From the NCBI GenBank assembly GCA_964016885.1, contig CAXHJY010000801.1, positions 12,561-76,560 of the forward strand: a stretch of 64,000 nucleotides of DNA. The letters are read 5' to 3'. Positions 14,841 to 29,884 of this stretch are shown piece by piece. How positions within the stretch are numbered: position 1 is the stretch's first letter; each line of letters starts with the position of its first letter. Made by a program: the position numbers and the translations under genes. Under the pieces are notes generated by a model. That model saw only the letters and a list, made by a program, of their open reading frames with translations. It had not been told where the DNA came from and made no database searches. The DNA is from Eledone cirrhosa (Eukaryota).

Positions 14841-15145
14841 CAGCCCGTTAAAAGTCAGTTAAGATCAGAAAAATGAAGCAAAACAATCTTCAAAATTGGT
14901 TAAACATACCAAAATAGAAAGCGGTGTTAGAAAGGACTATAAATGCCATGAATGAGATGACAAGGAGGGAAGAACAAGGACTGTTAGACAAAGGAAGAAA
15001 TATAGAGGGAGGAGGTGGATGTTGTAGCGGGTGTCGCTGGTCATTGTCCGCGGAAATGACTTTGCCCTTTTGTCCGCGGGGCGCAGCCGAAATACCGTTC
15101 TAACTTTGGTGTATAGACTGTCACCCTCACCCTTTCTTTCTTTGA

Positions 15146-15206
<61 letters not shown>

Positions 15207-15261
15207 TTAAGACCTTGTTCTTCCCTCCTGTCCCTATCATTTCTGGTATCTATAGTATTTC

Positions 15262-15425
15262 CAACAAGGGAAAACCTACCTAATTATAAAGACCTTGAAT
15301 TTGAGATCACTAGAATGTCGAGCATGGTCACCCAGACCATACCAGTAATTATTGAAGGACTGGAGTAAAGAATTAACCTACAAAATCTGAGTAGAATGCT
15401 GCATCTTCCGGCCAGAACTAAAATA
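15262..15425 (+). pseudogene. C-terminal fragment of an R4/Dong-type RLE domain
   Basis: Manual translation LPNYKDLEFEITRMSSMVTQTIPVIIEGLE* resembles the K..KY.DL..EI.RMW...T..IPVIIGALG motif of RLE-bearing non-LTR elements. Confidence 0.6.
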
Positions 15426-15507
15426 AACCAACCCCATCTGCTCTCCTCAAAATGACATCGTATGCCTTTTGTATATTCAGAGCCATTATTTGGACCCGGT
15501 GTTTCTA

Positions 15508-17120
15508 AATCGACACCAGTGCATGACTGGTACTTTATTTTATCGTCCACATAACAATGAAAGGCAAAGCTGACATCGGTGGGGTTTGAAATCAAAACGT
15601 AAAGGGCCGTAACTATATGCCACAAGCATATAGTCCAACGCTCTAGCGATGTTGCAATTGGACGCCATAATAATTGTTTCTACTTTTGGCACAAGGCCAG
15701 CAATTACCCCAGTGCATTACTGGTACTTTATTTTATCGACCCCGTAAGGATGAAAGGCAAAGTTAACTTCGGCGGGATTTGCACTCAGACCGTAAAGGGA
15801 TGTAACTATGCTGGAAAGCATGGCGTCTAACCCTCTACCGATACTGCCAATCCACACAATACTTGTTTCTACTTTTAGCACAAGGCCAGCAATTAACCCC
15901 AGTGCATTACTGGTACTTTATTTTATCGACCCCGTAAGGATGAAAGGCAAAGTTAATCTCGGCGCTGATTTGAACCCTGACCGTAAAGGGCAGTTACTCT
16001 ATGCTGTGAAGCATGGTGTCCGTCGCTCTACTGATTCCTATGCCAATCCACCGCCCTATTTAGATGAAGCGAACAGGAGTCAGAATTAAATTATTTAAGT
16101 AAAATAAATAAAAAAGAGAAACCAAAGAAGCTAATAATTGTTTCTACATTTGGCACAAGGCCAGCAATTAACCCCAGTGCATTACTGGTACTATATTTTA
16201 TCGACCCCGTAATAATTGTTTCTACATTTGGCACAAGGCCAGCAATTAACCCCAGTGCATTACTGGTACTATATGTTATCGACCACGTAATAATTGTTTC
16301 TACATTTGGCACAAGGCCAGCAATTAATCCCAGTGCATTACTGGTACTATATTTTATCGACCCCGTAATAATTGTTTCTACTTTTGGCACAAGGCCAGCA
16401 ATTACCCCAGTACATTACTGGTACTTTATTTTATCGACCCCGTAAGGATGAAAGGCAAAGTTAATCTCGGCGCTGATTTGAACCCTGACCGTAAAGGGCA
16501 GTTACTCTATGCTGTGAAGCATGGTGTCCGTCGCTCTACTGATTCCTATGCCAATCCACCGCCCTATTTAGATGAAGCGAACAGGAGTCAGAATTAAATT
16601 ATTTAAGTAAAATAAATAAAAAAGAGAAACCAAAGAAGCTAATAATTGTTTCTACATTTGGCACAAGGCCAGCAATTAACCCCAGTGCATTACTGGTACT
16701 ATATTTTATCGACCCCGTAATAATTGTTTCTACATTTGGCACAAGGCCAGCAATTAACCCCAGTGCATTACTGGTACTATATGTTATCGACCACGTAATA
16801 ATTGTTTCTACATTTGGCACAAGGCCAGCAATTAATCCCAGTGCATTACTGGTACTATATTTTATCGACCCCGTAATAATTGTTTCTACTTTTGGCACAA
16901 GGCCAGCAATTACCCCAGTACATTACTGGTACTTTATTTTATCGACCCCGTAATGATGAAAGGCAAAGTTAATCTCGGCGGGATTTGAACCCTGACCGTA
17001 AAGGGACGTAACTCTATGCTGTGAAGCATGGTGTCCGTCGCTCTACTGATTCCTCTGCCAATCCACCGCCCTATTTAGATGAAGCGAACAGGAGCCAGAA
17101 TTAAATTATTTAAGTAAAAT
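15508..17120 (-). mobile_element. SINE cluster: one old copy, two full copies, then a 508-bp duplicated unit containing 3 x 78-bp SINE 3' ends plus one full SINE
   Basis: Copies at ~15510-15667, 15670-15855 and 15862-16057. The 78-bp units start at 16133, 16211 and 16289. Identical ORF translations at 16091 and 16599 give the 508-bp period. Confidence 0.92.
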
Positions 17121-17379
17121 GAAAAAAAAAAAGAGAAAGTAGAATAAAAAAGACAAAAAACAAAGAAGCTAATAATGAGAGGAATAAATTGCAACAACAA
17201 CAACAACAGGAACAACAACAACAGCAACAACAACAACAACAGGAACAACAACAACATCAACAACAACAACAGCAATATATATGTGAACAGATTAACATTA
17301 AATAGCATAGTATGGCGACAAAAAGGTACTGAAATGGCAAACATAAACACAAACACATGCATAAACACACACACACAAT

Positions 17380-17381
17380 TA

Positions 17382-17417
<36 letters not shown>

Positions 17418-17459
17418 CATTTATATTTATGTATATATATATATATACATAAACATATT

Positions 17460-17499
<40 letters not shown>

Positions 17500-17719
17500 C
17501 ATATTTAGTTATGCATATATATATATATATATACATAAACAGATTTATGTGTATATATATATATATATGTATATATATATACTAATATATATATATATAC
17601 ACATTTAAAAAAAAATATATATCTGTATTTATATATACATGCATATAAATATATATATATATATAAATATTTATATATATATGCATGTATATACATATAT
17701 ATATATATGTCTAAAAATG

Positions 17720-17803
<84 letters not shown>

Positions 17804-17884
17804 CATTTTCAAACATATATATATGAATTTATATATACATGCATATATATATTAAAAAAATATATATATAGATAGATATATGTG

Positions 17885-17974
<90 letters not shown>

Positions 17975-18312
17975 AATATATATTTAAATCCATGCACACA
18001 TGCATATATACACACAGACTAACATGCATAGAGTGTACAGTCATACAGGCAGATGTGTAAAGGAATCCATGTATGTTTCATCAGGTCTCCATGTAAAGTG
18101 CTTATTAACATAGACTATTTTAACATCAAAAGATTCTCATGTGTATATATATATATAGATCTATATACTCATCTTTGTGTGTTTCCGTCTGTGTGTGTTT
18201 ATACTCTGTGAAAAACATGCTTGCAAGTCAATGATAGCGATTAAAATGAAAATTAAAGGAAAAAAAAAACATTTTAAAACGACATACGCACAGCCACGTG
18301 CACACAGGCACA

Positions 18313-18384
<72 letters not shown>

Positions 18385-18475
18385 TGTGTTTTTGTGTGCA
18401 TGTGTGTGTACGTGCATGAATATATGTGAGTTTGTGTGTGTATATGTGTTTACGTGCGTGAATGTGTGTGTGTAT

Positions 18476-18531
<56 letters not shown>

Positions 18532-18596
18532 ACACGAACACACACATACACATATATGTATTTATATGTATGTATATGTATGTATGTATATGTATG

Positions 18597-18650
<54 letters not shown>

Positions 18651-18752
18651 CATATGAATGTTTTTGGTGTGTATGTAAAATACATACATATATGGGTGTG
18701 TATGTGTAAATGTATATTTATATGGGTGTGTATATGTGTGTATACATATATA

Positions 18753-18801
<49 letters not shown>

Positions 18802-20743
18802 TTATGTGCACCTAGTATATGCATATGCCAAACTATGCACCTACTTACATACATAACTACAGACTGATAAAATACCGTATGTGCTATTGTATGTTGTTGT
18901 GTGTGTGCGTATATTAGTACCTGCTGGTGTGTGTGTGTGTGTATTAGTATATATGTGTGTATATATTAGTGTTTATGTGTGTGTGTGTGTGTGTGTGTAT
19001 TAGTGTTTATGTGTGTATATGTGTGTGTATATTAGTGTTTATGTGTGTGTGTGTATATATATATATTAGTGTGTGTGTGGGGGATGTATATTAGTGTTTA
19101 TATGTGTGTGTGTATATTAGTATGTATGTGTGTATGTGTGTGTATTAGTGTTTATGTGTGTGCATGTGGGGGGGAGGGTATATATATGTGTGTGTGTGTA
19201 TATTATGTAAGTGTGTATGTGTGTGAGTGTATATATGTATGTGTATTAGCGTATATATATATGTATGTGTATTAGTGTATATATATATGTATGTATTAGT
19301 GTATATATGTGTGTATGTGTATTAGTGTATATATGTATGTATGTGTATTAGTGTATATATGTATGTATGTGTATTAGTGTATATATGTATGTGTATTAGT
19401 GTATATATGTATGTATGTGTATTAGTGTATATATATATATGTATGTGTATTAGTGTATATATGTGTGTATGTGTATTAGTGTATATATATGTGTGTATGT
19501 GCATTAGTGTATATATATATATGTGTATGTGTATTAGTGTATATATATATATGTATATATATGTGTATGAGTATTAGTATGTATATGTATGTATGTGTAT
19601 TAGTGTATATATATATATATATATGTATGTGTATTAGTGTATATATGTATGTATGTGTATTAGTGTATATATGTATGTATGTGTATTAGTGTATATAAGC
19701 GTGTATGTGAATTAGTGTATATATGTGTGTATGAGTATTAGTGCAGATATGTGTGTATGTGTACGTGTATACGTGTATGTTTAAGTGTGTGTGCATATGC
19801 GTGTTATGTATGTGTGTAATATGTGTGTGTGTTTATGTATGTATGTATGTGTGAGTATTAGTGCATATAAGTGTGTGTGTATATGTCTACGTGTGTGTAT
19901 GTGTGTGTGTATGCGTGGTTGTGTATATATGTGTATGTGTGTTTATATCTATGTGTGTGTATCTGTGTGTATGTATATTTGTATGTGTGTGAATGTGTGT
20001 GTGAATGAGTGTGTGTACGTGTATATGTGTGTATATGTTTGTCTGTCTGTGTATACGTGAGTTTATGTATGTGTGTGTGTATCTGTGTGTATGTATGTGT
20101 ATCTGTGTGAATGTGTGTGCGTGTGTATGTATGTATGTATATATGTGTGTGAATGCTTGTGTGCGTGTACGTGTGTGTATTATGTGTATGTATATGTATG
20201 TGTATGTATGTATGTATGTATGTGTGTTTGTTTGTATGTATATATGTATGTATGTGTGTATGTATCTATGTATGTATATATCGTTTGTATGTATATATGT
20301 ATGTATATATGTATGTATATATGTATGTATGTATATGTGTATATATGTATGTGCGTGTGTATGTGTGTATGCGTGTATATATATGTGTGTGTGTTTGTGT
20401 GTCTGTCTCTTTAGATAAAATACATCAAAGCATTTGCTTGAAACTCTCTGATTGTTTTGCCAATTTGAATATATCGATAATTAAAAGTGAGGGAAAAGAT
20501 GTGTGGAGGGGAAGGAGGAGTAGAAGAAGTAGAGAAAGGAGGAGTGAGGAGTAGTAGTAGGAGGGTGGTGATCAGATGAGGGACGGGGGAGAGGAGGGAG
20601 AGGTGGAGGAAAGAAGACAAAAAGGAAGTAATGAATTAATAAGGAAAGGAAGAAAGAAGGTGGACCAATCTAAATATTGTAAATATATGGCTAATAAGAT
20701 TTGAATGTAAATGGGGGTGTATATATGTGTATATATATATGTG

Positions 20744-20779
<36 letters not shown>

Positions 20780-20784
20780 CATAC

Positions 20785-20816
<32 letters not shown>

Positions 20817-20935
20817 TTGTGTATTTGCGTATATGTACATATATGTGTGTGTGTATGTGTGTATAGATGTAATGTATATATATGTGTGTGTTTGTGTATA
20901 TGTGTGGGTATATATGCATGTGTATATAAGTATAT

Positions 20936-20979
<44 letters not shown>

Positions 20980-21135
20980 GTATATGTATATATATATGTG
21001 TGTGTGTATATATATAAATGTATACGTATATGTGTGTGTATATATATATACATATATAAGTCTCTGTGTGTATGTGTATATAGATGTAATGTGAGTGTAT
21101 GTGTATATATGTGTTTGTGTATATATGTATACGTG

Positions 21136-21188
<53 letters not shown>

Positions 21189-21217
21189 GTGTGTGTATGT
21201 GTGTATATATGTACCTA

Positions 21218-21250
<33 letters not shown>

Positions 21251-21265
21251 GTGTGTGTATATATA

Positions 21266-21310
<45 letters not shown>

Positions 21311-21459
21311 CAACAACACCAACAATATATATATATGAGTAAGCGAACCAAGGATATAGAGACCATGGTAGATTAATAGATAGGGGGGTGGGTGGTGGAA
21401 GGAGAAAGAGAAGGATAGTGTTAGAGAGAGAAATAAATACAATGAGAGAGAGGGAAGTG

Positions 21460-21490
<31 letters not shown>

Positions 21491-21491
21491 C

Positions 21492-21525
<34 letters not shown>

Positions 21526-21530
21526 TGAGA
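17380..21530. repeat. Compound (TA)n/(CA)n/(TG)n microsatellite field, including a TGTATTAGTGTATATA-type minisatellite (~18940-19745)
   Basis: Direct reading. Confidence 0.9.
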
Positions 21531-21699
21531 GAGAGAGAGAGGGGGGGGGGGTGAGAGAGAGAGATCGTTCAGTGGTTGAGATCGTGTCTGACATCTTGGA
21601 ATTTTAAAATATTATAATTTCAATATCCTTTTCAATACATATTATATCAGTATTTGGAAAGAGTTTGGTGATAAGTCGATGAATAAATATATACATAAC

Positions 21700-22110
21700 A
21701 ATACCAATAACAACGACAAGATCGATAACTAGAACAACAACAACAATAACAACAACAATTATGACAACAACAATAATAACAACAGTAATAACAACAACAA
21801 TAACAACAACGATAATAAAAAAAATAACATCGATAACAACAACAATAATAACAGAAATAACATCGATAACAACAACAATAACAAAAATAACATCGATAAC
21901 AACAACAATAATAACAACAATAACAACAACAGTAACAGGAATATGAATAATAACAACCATAATAACAACAGCAACAATAATAACATCATCAATAACAACA
22001 ACAACAACAAATCAACAGCAGCAGCAAAAGCAATGATAACAAAAATAACAAACTCATCAATAGCAACAACAATAACAACCATCATTACAATAACAACAAC
22101 AGAGAGCAAT
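21700..22110. repeat. (AAC/AAT)n trinucleotide repeat
   Basis: Direct reading. Confidence 0.92.
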
Positions 22111-22113
22111 AAC

Positions 22114-22557
22114 GATTTCATTTATTAGCCACAAGGGCCGACATGTAGGGGACAGTACAAAGACAGGCACAGTGGGGGGGGGGGGTTACAATAAGGTCGA
22201 GTAAAAGTGCACAATGGCGAAACTAATTTAACAGTGAAGATAGAAAAAATATAAAATAAACTATGCATAAATATAACAAAATAAATTCCCCGATAGGGGG
22301 TGGACGACCCTGGGGTGACTCAGGTACCCCGCCAATCCTGAACAACCCTGCACTTCTAGGGCACCCAGGGAGAGCACCCCTCTCCTCAAGTTAGCTAGCC
22401 TATAGGCGCATGGTCAGAGTAGGCCCACTCACACGGGCCATTCTCGCCACATTCATCCACCTTTTAGCAAATGTACTGGGGGGCAGGGCAGCACTTCTCT
22501 CTCCACCCTCACCTTCCTTTCCAGGTGAAACTTGAAGAAGTTGATGAGGGATTGGCT
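22114..22557 (-). mobile_element. 3' end (ORF2 C-terminus + 3' UTR) of a Tx1/L1-like LINE, 5'-truncated
   Basis: Reverse complement translates QSLINFFKFHLERKVRVEREVL / FAKRWMNVARMARVSGPTLTMRL*. A T-rich UTR follows, ending 'cggcccttgtggctaataaatgaaatc'. Related pieces at 43793-43890, 61663-61962, 62015-62205 and 63797-63848. The clade call rests on motif resemblance only. Confidence 0.6.
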
Positions 22558-22587
22558 GAAGAGATAATAATAATAATAATAATAATA

Positions 22588-22947
22588 ATAATTGTTTCTA
22601 CTTTTGGCACAAGGCCAGCAATTATCTCAGTGCATTACTGGTACTTTATTTTATCGACACCGTAAGGATGAAAGGCAAAGTTAACCTCAGCGGGATTTGA
22701 ACTCAGACCATAAAGGGCCGTAACTCTTTGCTGCAAAGCATGGCGTCAGACCCTAATAATAATAATTGTTTCTACTGTTGGCACAAGGCCAGCAATTAAC
22801 CAGTGCATTACTGGTACTTTATTTTATCGACCCCGTAAGGATGAAAGGCAAAGTCAACCTCGGCGGGATTTGAACTCAGATCGTAAAGGGACGTAACTAT
22901 GCTGGAAAGCATGGCGTCCGACCCTCTACTGATACTGCCAATCCACC
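22588..22947 (-). mobile_element. Two tandem SINE copies (one 5'-truncated) in (AAT)n
   Basis: Same core and tail as 10716-10904. AAT repeats flank and separate the copies. Confidence 0.9.
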
Positions 22948-23452
22948 TAATAATAATAACATGAAGAAGAAGAAGAAGTAGAAGAAAACGAAAGAGGAGA
23001 AGATGACGAAGAAGAAGGTGAAAAAGGAATTAATGAACAATGGAAGGAAGTAGCATAACTTAGAATCCAAGTTTATGAAGAGAGTTGAAAAGCGCCATAT
23101 TAATATGAACTCCAGTGTATTTCGTAATAAAAACAAGTGAAATACTTCGAGATATAAACATTAAAAAATAAACAGTGGGGGGGGGGGGGGGGGTAAAATA
23201 TATAAATATACAAACAAAAAAATATATTTAAAAGATATTCAAGAAACGAAGGGAAGATAAAAAAAATATAGAGATTTTATGGGTTAGGAAGAAAGATTGG
23301 AAGCAGTGACTTAACTAAATAAATAATATTGAAGTTGAAAAGGGCCCTGGTAATATGATCACCAGTCTGGCTGGCACCGACAGTTCAAGTCGAAACAGAA
23401 CTTAGTATGTTTTCTATGTTTTCTCTTGTTTCGTTATTGTTATTGTTATTAC

Positions 23453-23489
<37 letters not shown>

Positions 23490-23714
23490 ATTATTATAAT
23501 TTTTGTTGTTTTTGTTGTTGTTGTTGTTGTTATGTTGTACTGTTTTTTTGTTTTTTTTTGGGGGGGGGGGGTTATTTTTTCAATCCCAATTTACTTTATT
23601 TACCTAACACGATTCACTACTCTCTGAGATTACTTCCCAACTACTGAGAGACTGGAAAATATTTGCCGCATATATATATATATATATATGTGTATATATG
23701 TATGTATGTATGTG

Positions 23715-23757
<43 letters not shown>

Positions 23758-23782
23758 ATATGTATGTATGTATATATGTATG

Positions 23783-23828
<46 letters not shown>

Positions 23829-23965
23829 TATGTATGTATATGTATTGTGTGTGTATATATATATGCGTGCGTGTGTGTGTATAACTTGAATATATTAACT
23901 GGCTCTAACTGGCTCTCCCTGTCTCTCTTTTCCTTAGACCTTTACATACACAAATGTATATATAT

Positions 23966-24035
<70 letters not shown>

Positions 24036-24205
24036 ATATATGTGTGTGTGTCTGTATATATATTTATATATTGACACATGCTACATAAATATTTATATAT
24101 ACATAGATCTAACACACTCAAACACACACAAATATATATATACATATATTCATACCCACACACAGACATACATATATATATATATATATACACACACACA
24201 CCATA

Positions 24206-24244
<39 letters not shown>

Positions 24245-24257
24245 TTCTCTCTCTCTA

Positions 24258-24329
<72 letters not shown>

Positions 24330-25516
24330 ATGTGTCTTTTACTTAAATTTTCTCTCTTACTAATTTCTATATTTATTTGAAGAATTTTAATTGTTTCGTT
24401 GCTTTTATGGGTATTATTTCTATTTTATTTCACTCAATATGGTTTATAAAATTTATCTTGAAGGCGGCGTCTTTGGTGTATTTGTAGAGCTTCTCGTCTG
24501 CGTGTATGTCTGTGCCTGTGTGTGTGTGTGCGTGGTGTGTGTGTATGTGTGTGTGTATGTGTGTGTGTGTGTGTTAGCTGCCTTGTATGTTTGTTTTATC
24601 GTACACATGCGCAATTCTCTGCATCTCGGCGCCACCAACATTCTTCAATTTTTTTTTCCCACTTCTGTTGCTGTTGTTTTTCATGTGGTTATTTTTTGTT
24701 GTTCTTTTGTTGTTGTTTTTGTTGTTCTTTTGTTGGTGTTGTTGTTGTTGTTGTTCTTCTTCTTCTTCATTATCATCTTCTTCTTCTTCTTCTTATCATC
24801 ATTATGTCTCCCCTCCTAATCCCCGTTATTGTGTTCTTCTTCTTTAGCACAATCATCCCCATGAACGCCATCATCATCATCATCATCATCACCCTCCTCA
24901 CCACCACCATCACCACCGCCATCAGTATCGTCAGCAGAACCAAACATCTATGATCATAATCACAGTCACACCCACCCACACATACACACACCCAGACACA
25001 GACACACACCCACACAAACACACACCCACACAAACACACACCCACACAAACACGCACACAGACATACACACTAACACACAGGAGACCCATATCATATCTT
25101 ACAAGTCTTCACAAAATAAATGCTCATATCGATATGATTAAGTAAATATTTTCAATGCTATGTCACAGCATGGCCTCAGTCTATTGTCTAAGACCAGTGA
25201 AACTGTAAATCTCACGACAGTAACTCAATATGTCTTAATAAAAAAGTCTACTGGTGTTATGATCATTGTTGTGACTGTCATATTGTATGTACGTATGGTT
25301 CCTTAACTATTGACGGAGTCGTCGGAGCGCCGTATTGACATGAGACGATTCTAGAACACTTTCTGTAAAACCAGGTGGAGTCCTTCTCTTCTCCAGGTCT
25401 GGATGCATCAGATTTCTTTCGGAGAATTATAGAGAGTGAGAGAATGGAAGTGATAAAGTGATATAAAGAAAGAATCTACTCCATTACTTAACTGGTATTA
25501 TATTTGTATATATGAG

Positions 25517-25915
25517 GGGCGCTGGATTGGCAGTATCGGTAGAGAGTCGGACGTCATGCTTTGACGCATAGAGTTACGGCCCTTTCTGTTCTGGGTTCAA
25601 ATCCCGCCGAGGTTAACTTTGCATTTCATCCTTACGAGGTCGATAAAATAATGTACCAGTAATACACTGGGGTAATTGCTGGCCTTGTGCCAAAAGTAGA
25701 AACAATTATATTTGTATATATGAGGGCGCTGGATTGGCAGTATCGGTAGAGGGTCGGACGTCATGTTTTGACGCATAGAGTTACGGCCCTTTCTGTTCTA
25801 GGTTCAAATCCCGCCGAGGTTAAGTTTGCATTTCATCCTTACGGGGTCGATAAAATAAAGTACCAGTAATACACTGGTTAATTGCTGGCCTTCTGCCAAA
25901 TAGTAGAAACAATTA
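25517..25915 (+). mobile_element. Two tandem full-length SINE copies
   Basis: A/B boxes (TGGCAGTATCGG; GGTTCAAATCC), core and tail present. 'ttatatttgta(t/c)ata' occurs before, between and after the copies. Confidence 0.92.
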
Positions 25916-26083
25916 TATTTGTACATACGCGTGGTCCTATAACGCCTGAGTTAGTTCAGAAGGCATATTTCAAAACTTAATAAACAGTTATTTTCTCTTT
26001 CATATTAATACAAGTACAAAGTGAGTTAAGAGCTGCAAACATATCACATAATCAAGTTGAACGATGAATGTAATTTTCCGCAG

Positions 26084-26139
26084 AGTTATATATCGAAATT
26101 ACCCTCGGCTTTAGAGGACAAGATCAACAAAATCAGGAA
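26084..26139 (+). CDS. Candidate 56-bp internal coding exon of an unidentified host gene (SYISKLPSALEDKINKIR)
   Basis: Acceptor 'taattttccgcag', donor 'GAA|gtgagt', open frame with natural-looking composition, located in unique sequence. No homology recognised. Confidence 0.4.
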
Positions 26140-26368
26140 GTGAGTTACACGGTGCTGCTTAGTAGAAGTTTCCCAACGTAACTGCGGGAGAATTGTTAAG
26201 TAGACGCGAAATCGACTGCTGGGTGGAAGTCGTTCTTAGTATTCCTACGTTCCAATCCTAAGGGCTGGCGACTCACCAAACACGACCAAATTACTCCGAC
26301 GTGATAAAGTAGCACTATTGCTTGCTACATATTTAATAATTCATGTTTTGTTCGTGAAAACTGAAGGG

Positions 26369-26400
26369 CTGACGTTTCGGATACATTTCTTTCTTCAGAG
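26369..26400 (-). ncRNA. Degenerate minimal hammerhead motif (Penelope-type)
   Basis: Minus strand: ct-CTGAAGA-aagaaatgtatcc-GAAACGTC-ag. The core is intact but stems I and II are weak. Confidence 0.45.
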
Positions 26401-26659
26401 AGAAATATATATATTGAATATATGTAACAAATTCGTTTATAAAAAATAATGTGTAGCGAAGTTTCTAATTCGATTATATCAATGAAAGGTCGAGTGCAAA
26501 TTGGGTGAATATATATGAAGTGGTGTAATTTCACAGGGCTAAGTGTAGGGCACCTGACGTCGAAACTATAGTTACGCAGACAATTTATCGTAAAGGGAAT
26601 GGATGAAATAAATTGTTTTATACATAACCTTGGTGTCTCCTGTACTGTTTTATTAATTC

Positions 26660-26667
26660 ATCTATCA

Positions 26668-26706
<39 letters not shown>

Positions 26707-26814
26707 CTTTATATAGATAGATAGATATATGAAGATATATATATATATATGAAGATATATGTGTGTGTGTATATACTTACTCACAGGTAACTACGTATAT
26801 ACACATACATATGC

Positions 26815-26871
<57 letters not shown>

Positions 26872-26882
26872 TACATACATAT

Positions 26883-26922
<40 letters not shown>

Positions 26923-26962
26923 GTACATATATACATACATATACACACATATATATATACAT

Positions 26963-27010
<48 letters not shown>

Positions 27011-27015
27011 CATAC

Positions 27016-27068
<53 letters not shown>

Positions 27069-27143
27069 GTACATATATATATATATGTACATATATATAT
27101 ATAAATATATATATGTACATATATATATATATAAATATATATA

Positions 27144-27189
<46 letters not shown>

Positions 27190-28424
27190 TATATATATAT
27201 ATATAAATATATATATGTACATATATATATATATATATATAAAATATATATATGTACATATATATATATATATATAAATATATATATGTACATATATATA
27301 TAAATATATATATGTACATATATATATATATATATAAATATATATATGTACATATATATATATTATATATAAATATATATATATGTACATATATATATAT
27401 ATATAAATATATATATGTACATATATATATATATATATAAATATATATATGTACATATATATATATATATATAAATATATATATGTACATATATATATAT
27501 ATATATAAATATATATATGTACATATATATATATATATATATATATAAATATATATATGTACATATATATATATATATATATATAAATATATATATGTAC
27601 ATATATATATATACAACTGTATATATTCTGCATCTCTAGGCTTTCCTCATTATTATATGTTTCACCTTATCTGACACGATAGAAAAGGTCGCCACCAGTA
27701 TGGAAACGTAGGGGACGTTGGTTGGTTGGGCTAAATAAGGATGGTGAGGAGGGGGGGGGGGGGTGAAAGGGGAAGATAACTCGTGTGCTTTACGGTGGAA
27801 TAATGGGCTGACAGGTGATGGCGAGAAGTACACAAGATCTGTGTTAGTGTGTATATATGCATACATATATATATATATGTATTGGCGTATACATAGGCGT
27901 ATATATGAATGTATACGCAGTGTCTGTATGTGAATGTATACGCAGTTGATATATGAATGTATACGAAGTCTGTACGTGAATGTATACGCAGTCTATATAT
28001 GAATGTATACGCAGTCTATATATACGTATATGCAGTGGATATCGTATACACAGTGTATATATGAATGTATACATAGGTGTATATATGAATGTATACATAG
28101 GTATATATATGGACGTATACGCAGTGTATATATGTACGTATACGCATGCATATATGAATGTATACATAGGTGTGTATATGAACGTATACGCAGTGTATAT
28201 ATGGACGTATGCGCAGTGTATATATGGACGTATACACTGTATATATGTACGTATGCGCAGTGCATATATGAATGTATACATAGGTGTATATATGAACGTA
28301 TACGCAGTGTATATATATATGGACGTATACGCAGTGTATATATGAATGTATACGCTGTGTACATATGAACGTATATGTACATACATCCCCCACACATACA
28401 CAAGCACACGTGTATATGTATGTG

Positions 28425-28463
<39 letters not shown>

Positions 28464-28526
28464 GTATATATATATATATATATATGGGTATATATATATG
28501 TAGGTGTGTATATATATGTGTGTATA

Positions 28527-28570
<44 letters not shown>

Positions 28571-28647
28571 CATATATGTGTGTATATATGTATGCATGTG
28601 TGTGTGCATGTGCATGTGTGTGTATATATGTATTTACGTATGTGTGC

Positions 28648-28679
<32 letters not shown>

Positions 28680-29022
28680 TTATGGGTGTATATATATGCA
28701 TGTATGTATACATGTGTGTGTGCGTGTATGTGTATATATGTATGTATGTATATGTGTGTGCATGTATGTATACATATATATATGTACATGGGTGTATATA
28801 TGTATATGTATGTGTATATATATATGTATGTATGCATATATGTATGTATATGTGTGTGCATGTGTGTATATATATATATGTATTTATGGCTGTACATATG
28901 ATTGTATGCATATGTGTATGCATGTATGTATATATGTATGTATGTATACATGTGTGTGTGTGTGTGCGTGTATGTGTATATATGTATGTATATATATACA
29001 TATATGTATGTATTTATGGGTG

Positions 29023-29061
<39 letters not shown>

Positions 29062-29096
29062 GTGTATGTATATGTATATATATATATGTATATATG

Positions 29097-29195
<99 letters not shown>

Positions 29196-29222
29196 GTATG
29201 TATATATATATATATATGTATG

Positions 29223-29255
<33 letters not shown>

Positions 29256-29260
29256 GTATG

Positions 29261-29293
<33 letters not shown>

Positions 29294-29320
29294 GTATGTA
29301 TATATATATATATATGTATG

Positions 29321-29361
<41 letters not shown>

Positions 29362-29681
29362 GTATGTATATATATATATATATGTATGTATATATATATA
29401 TATATGTATGTATATATATATATATATGTATGTATGTATATATATATATGTATGTATGTATATATATATATATATGTATGTATATATATATATATATGTA
29501 TGTATGTATATATATATATATATGTATGTATATATATATATATATGTATGTATATATATATATATATATGTATGTATATATATATATATATATGTATGTA
29601 TATATATATATATATGTGTATATATATATGTATGTATATATATATATGTGTATGTATATATATATGTATGTATATATATAT
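26660..29681. repeat. (TA)n arrays with TGTACA/TAAA and TATG interruptions, and a ~22-bp 'tatatgaatgtatacgcagtg' minisatellite (~27900-28380)
   Basis: Direct reading. A short unique island lies at ~27620-27845. Confidence 0.9.
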
Positions 29682-29845
29682 GTCAGGCGTCATGCTTTCC
29701 AGCATAGTGTTACGTCCCTTTACGGTTTAAGTTCAAATCCCGCTGAGGTTAACTTTGCCTTTCATCCCTACGGGGTTGATATAATAAAGTACCAGTAATG
29801 CACTGGGTAATTGCTGGCCTTGTGCCTAAAGTAGAAACAATTATT
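29682..29845 (+). mobile_element. 5'-truncated SINE copy
   Basis: B box, core and tail present; A box missing. Confidence 0.88.
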
Positions 29846-29884
29846 GATAGTTACGTGTTATTGCTGGTAATGTAACTGCTCTCT

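Noticed and set aside
16091-16898. Two identical 99-aa ORFs with 26-aa repeats
   Set aside because: By-product of the 78-bp SINE-tail multimers in a duplicated block.
20415-20486. Other possible micro-exons (20415-20486, ~1185-1250 minus, ~49990-50047)
   Set aside because: Only one good splice signal, or weak signals expected by chance; no recognisable homology.
25517-25915. tRNA genes suggested by A/B boxes
   Set aside because: No complete cloverleaf; the boxes are followed by the SINE core and tail in about 25 dispersed copies.
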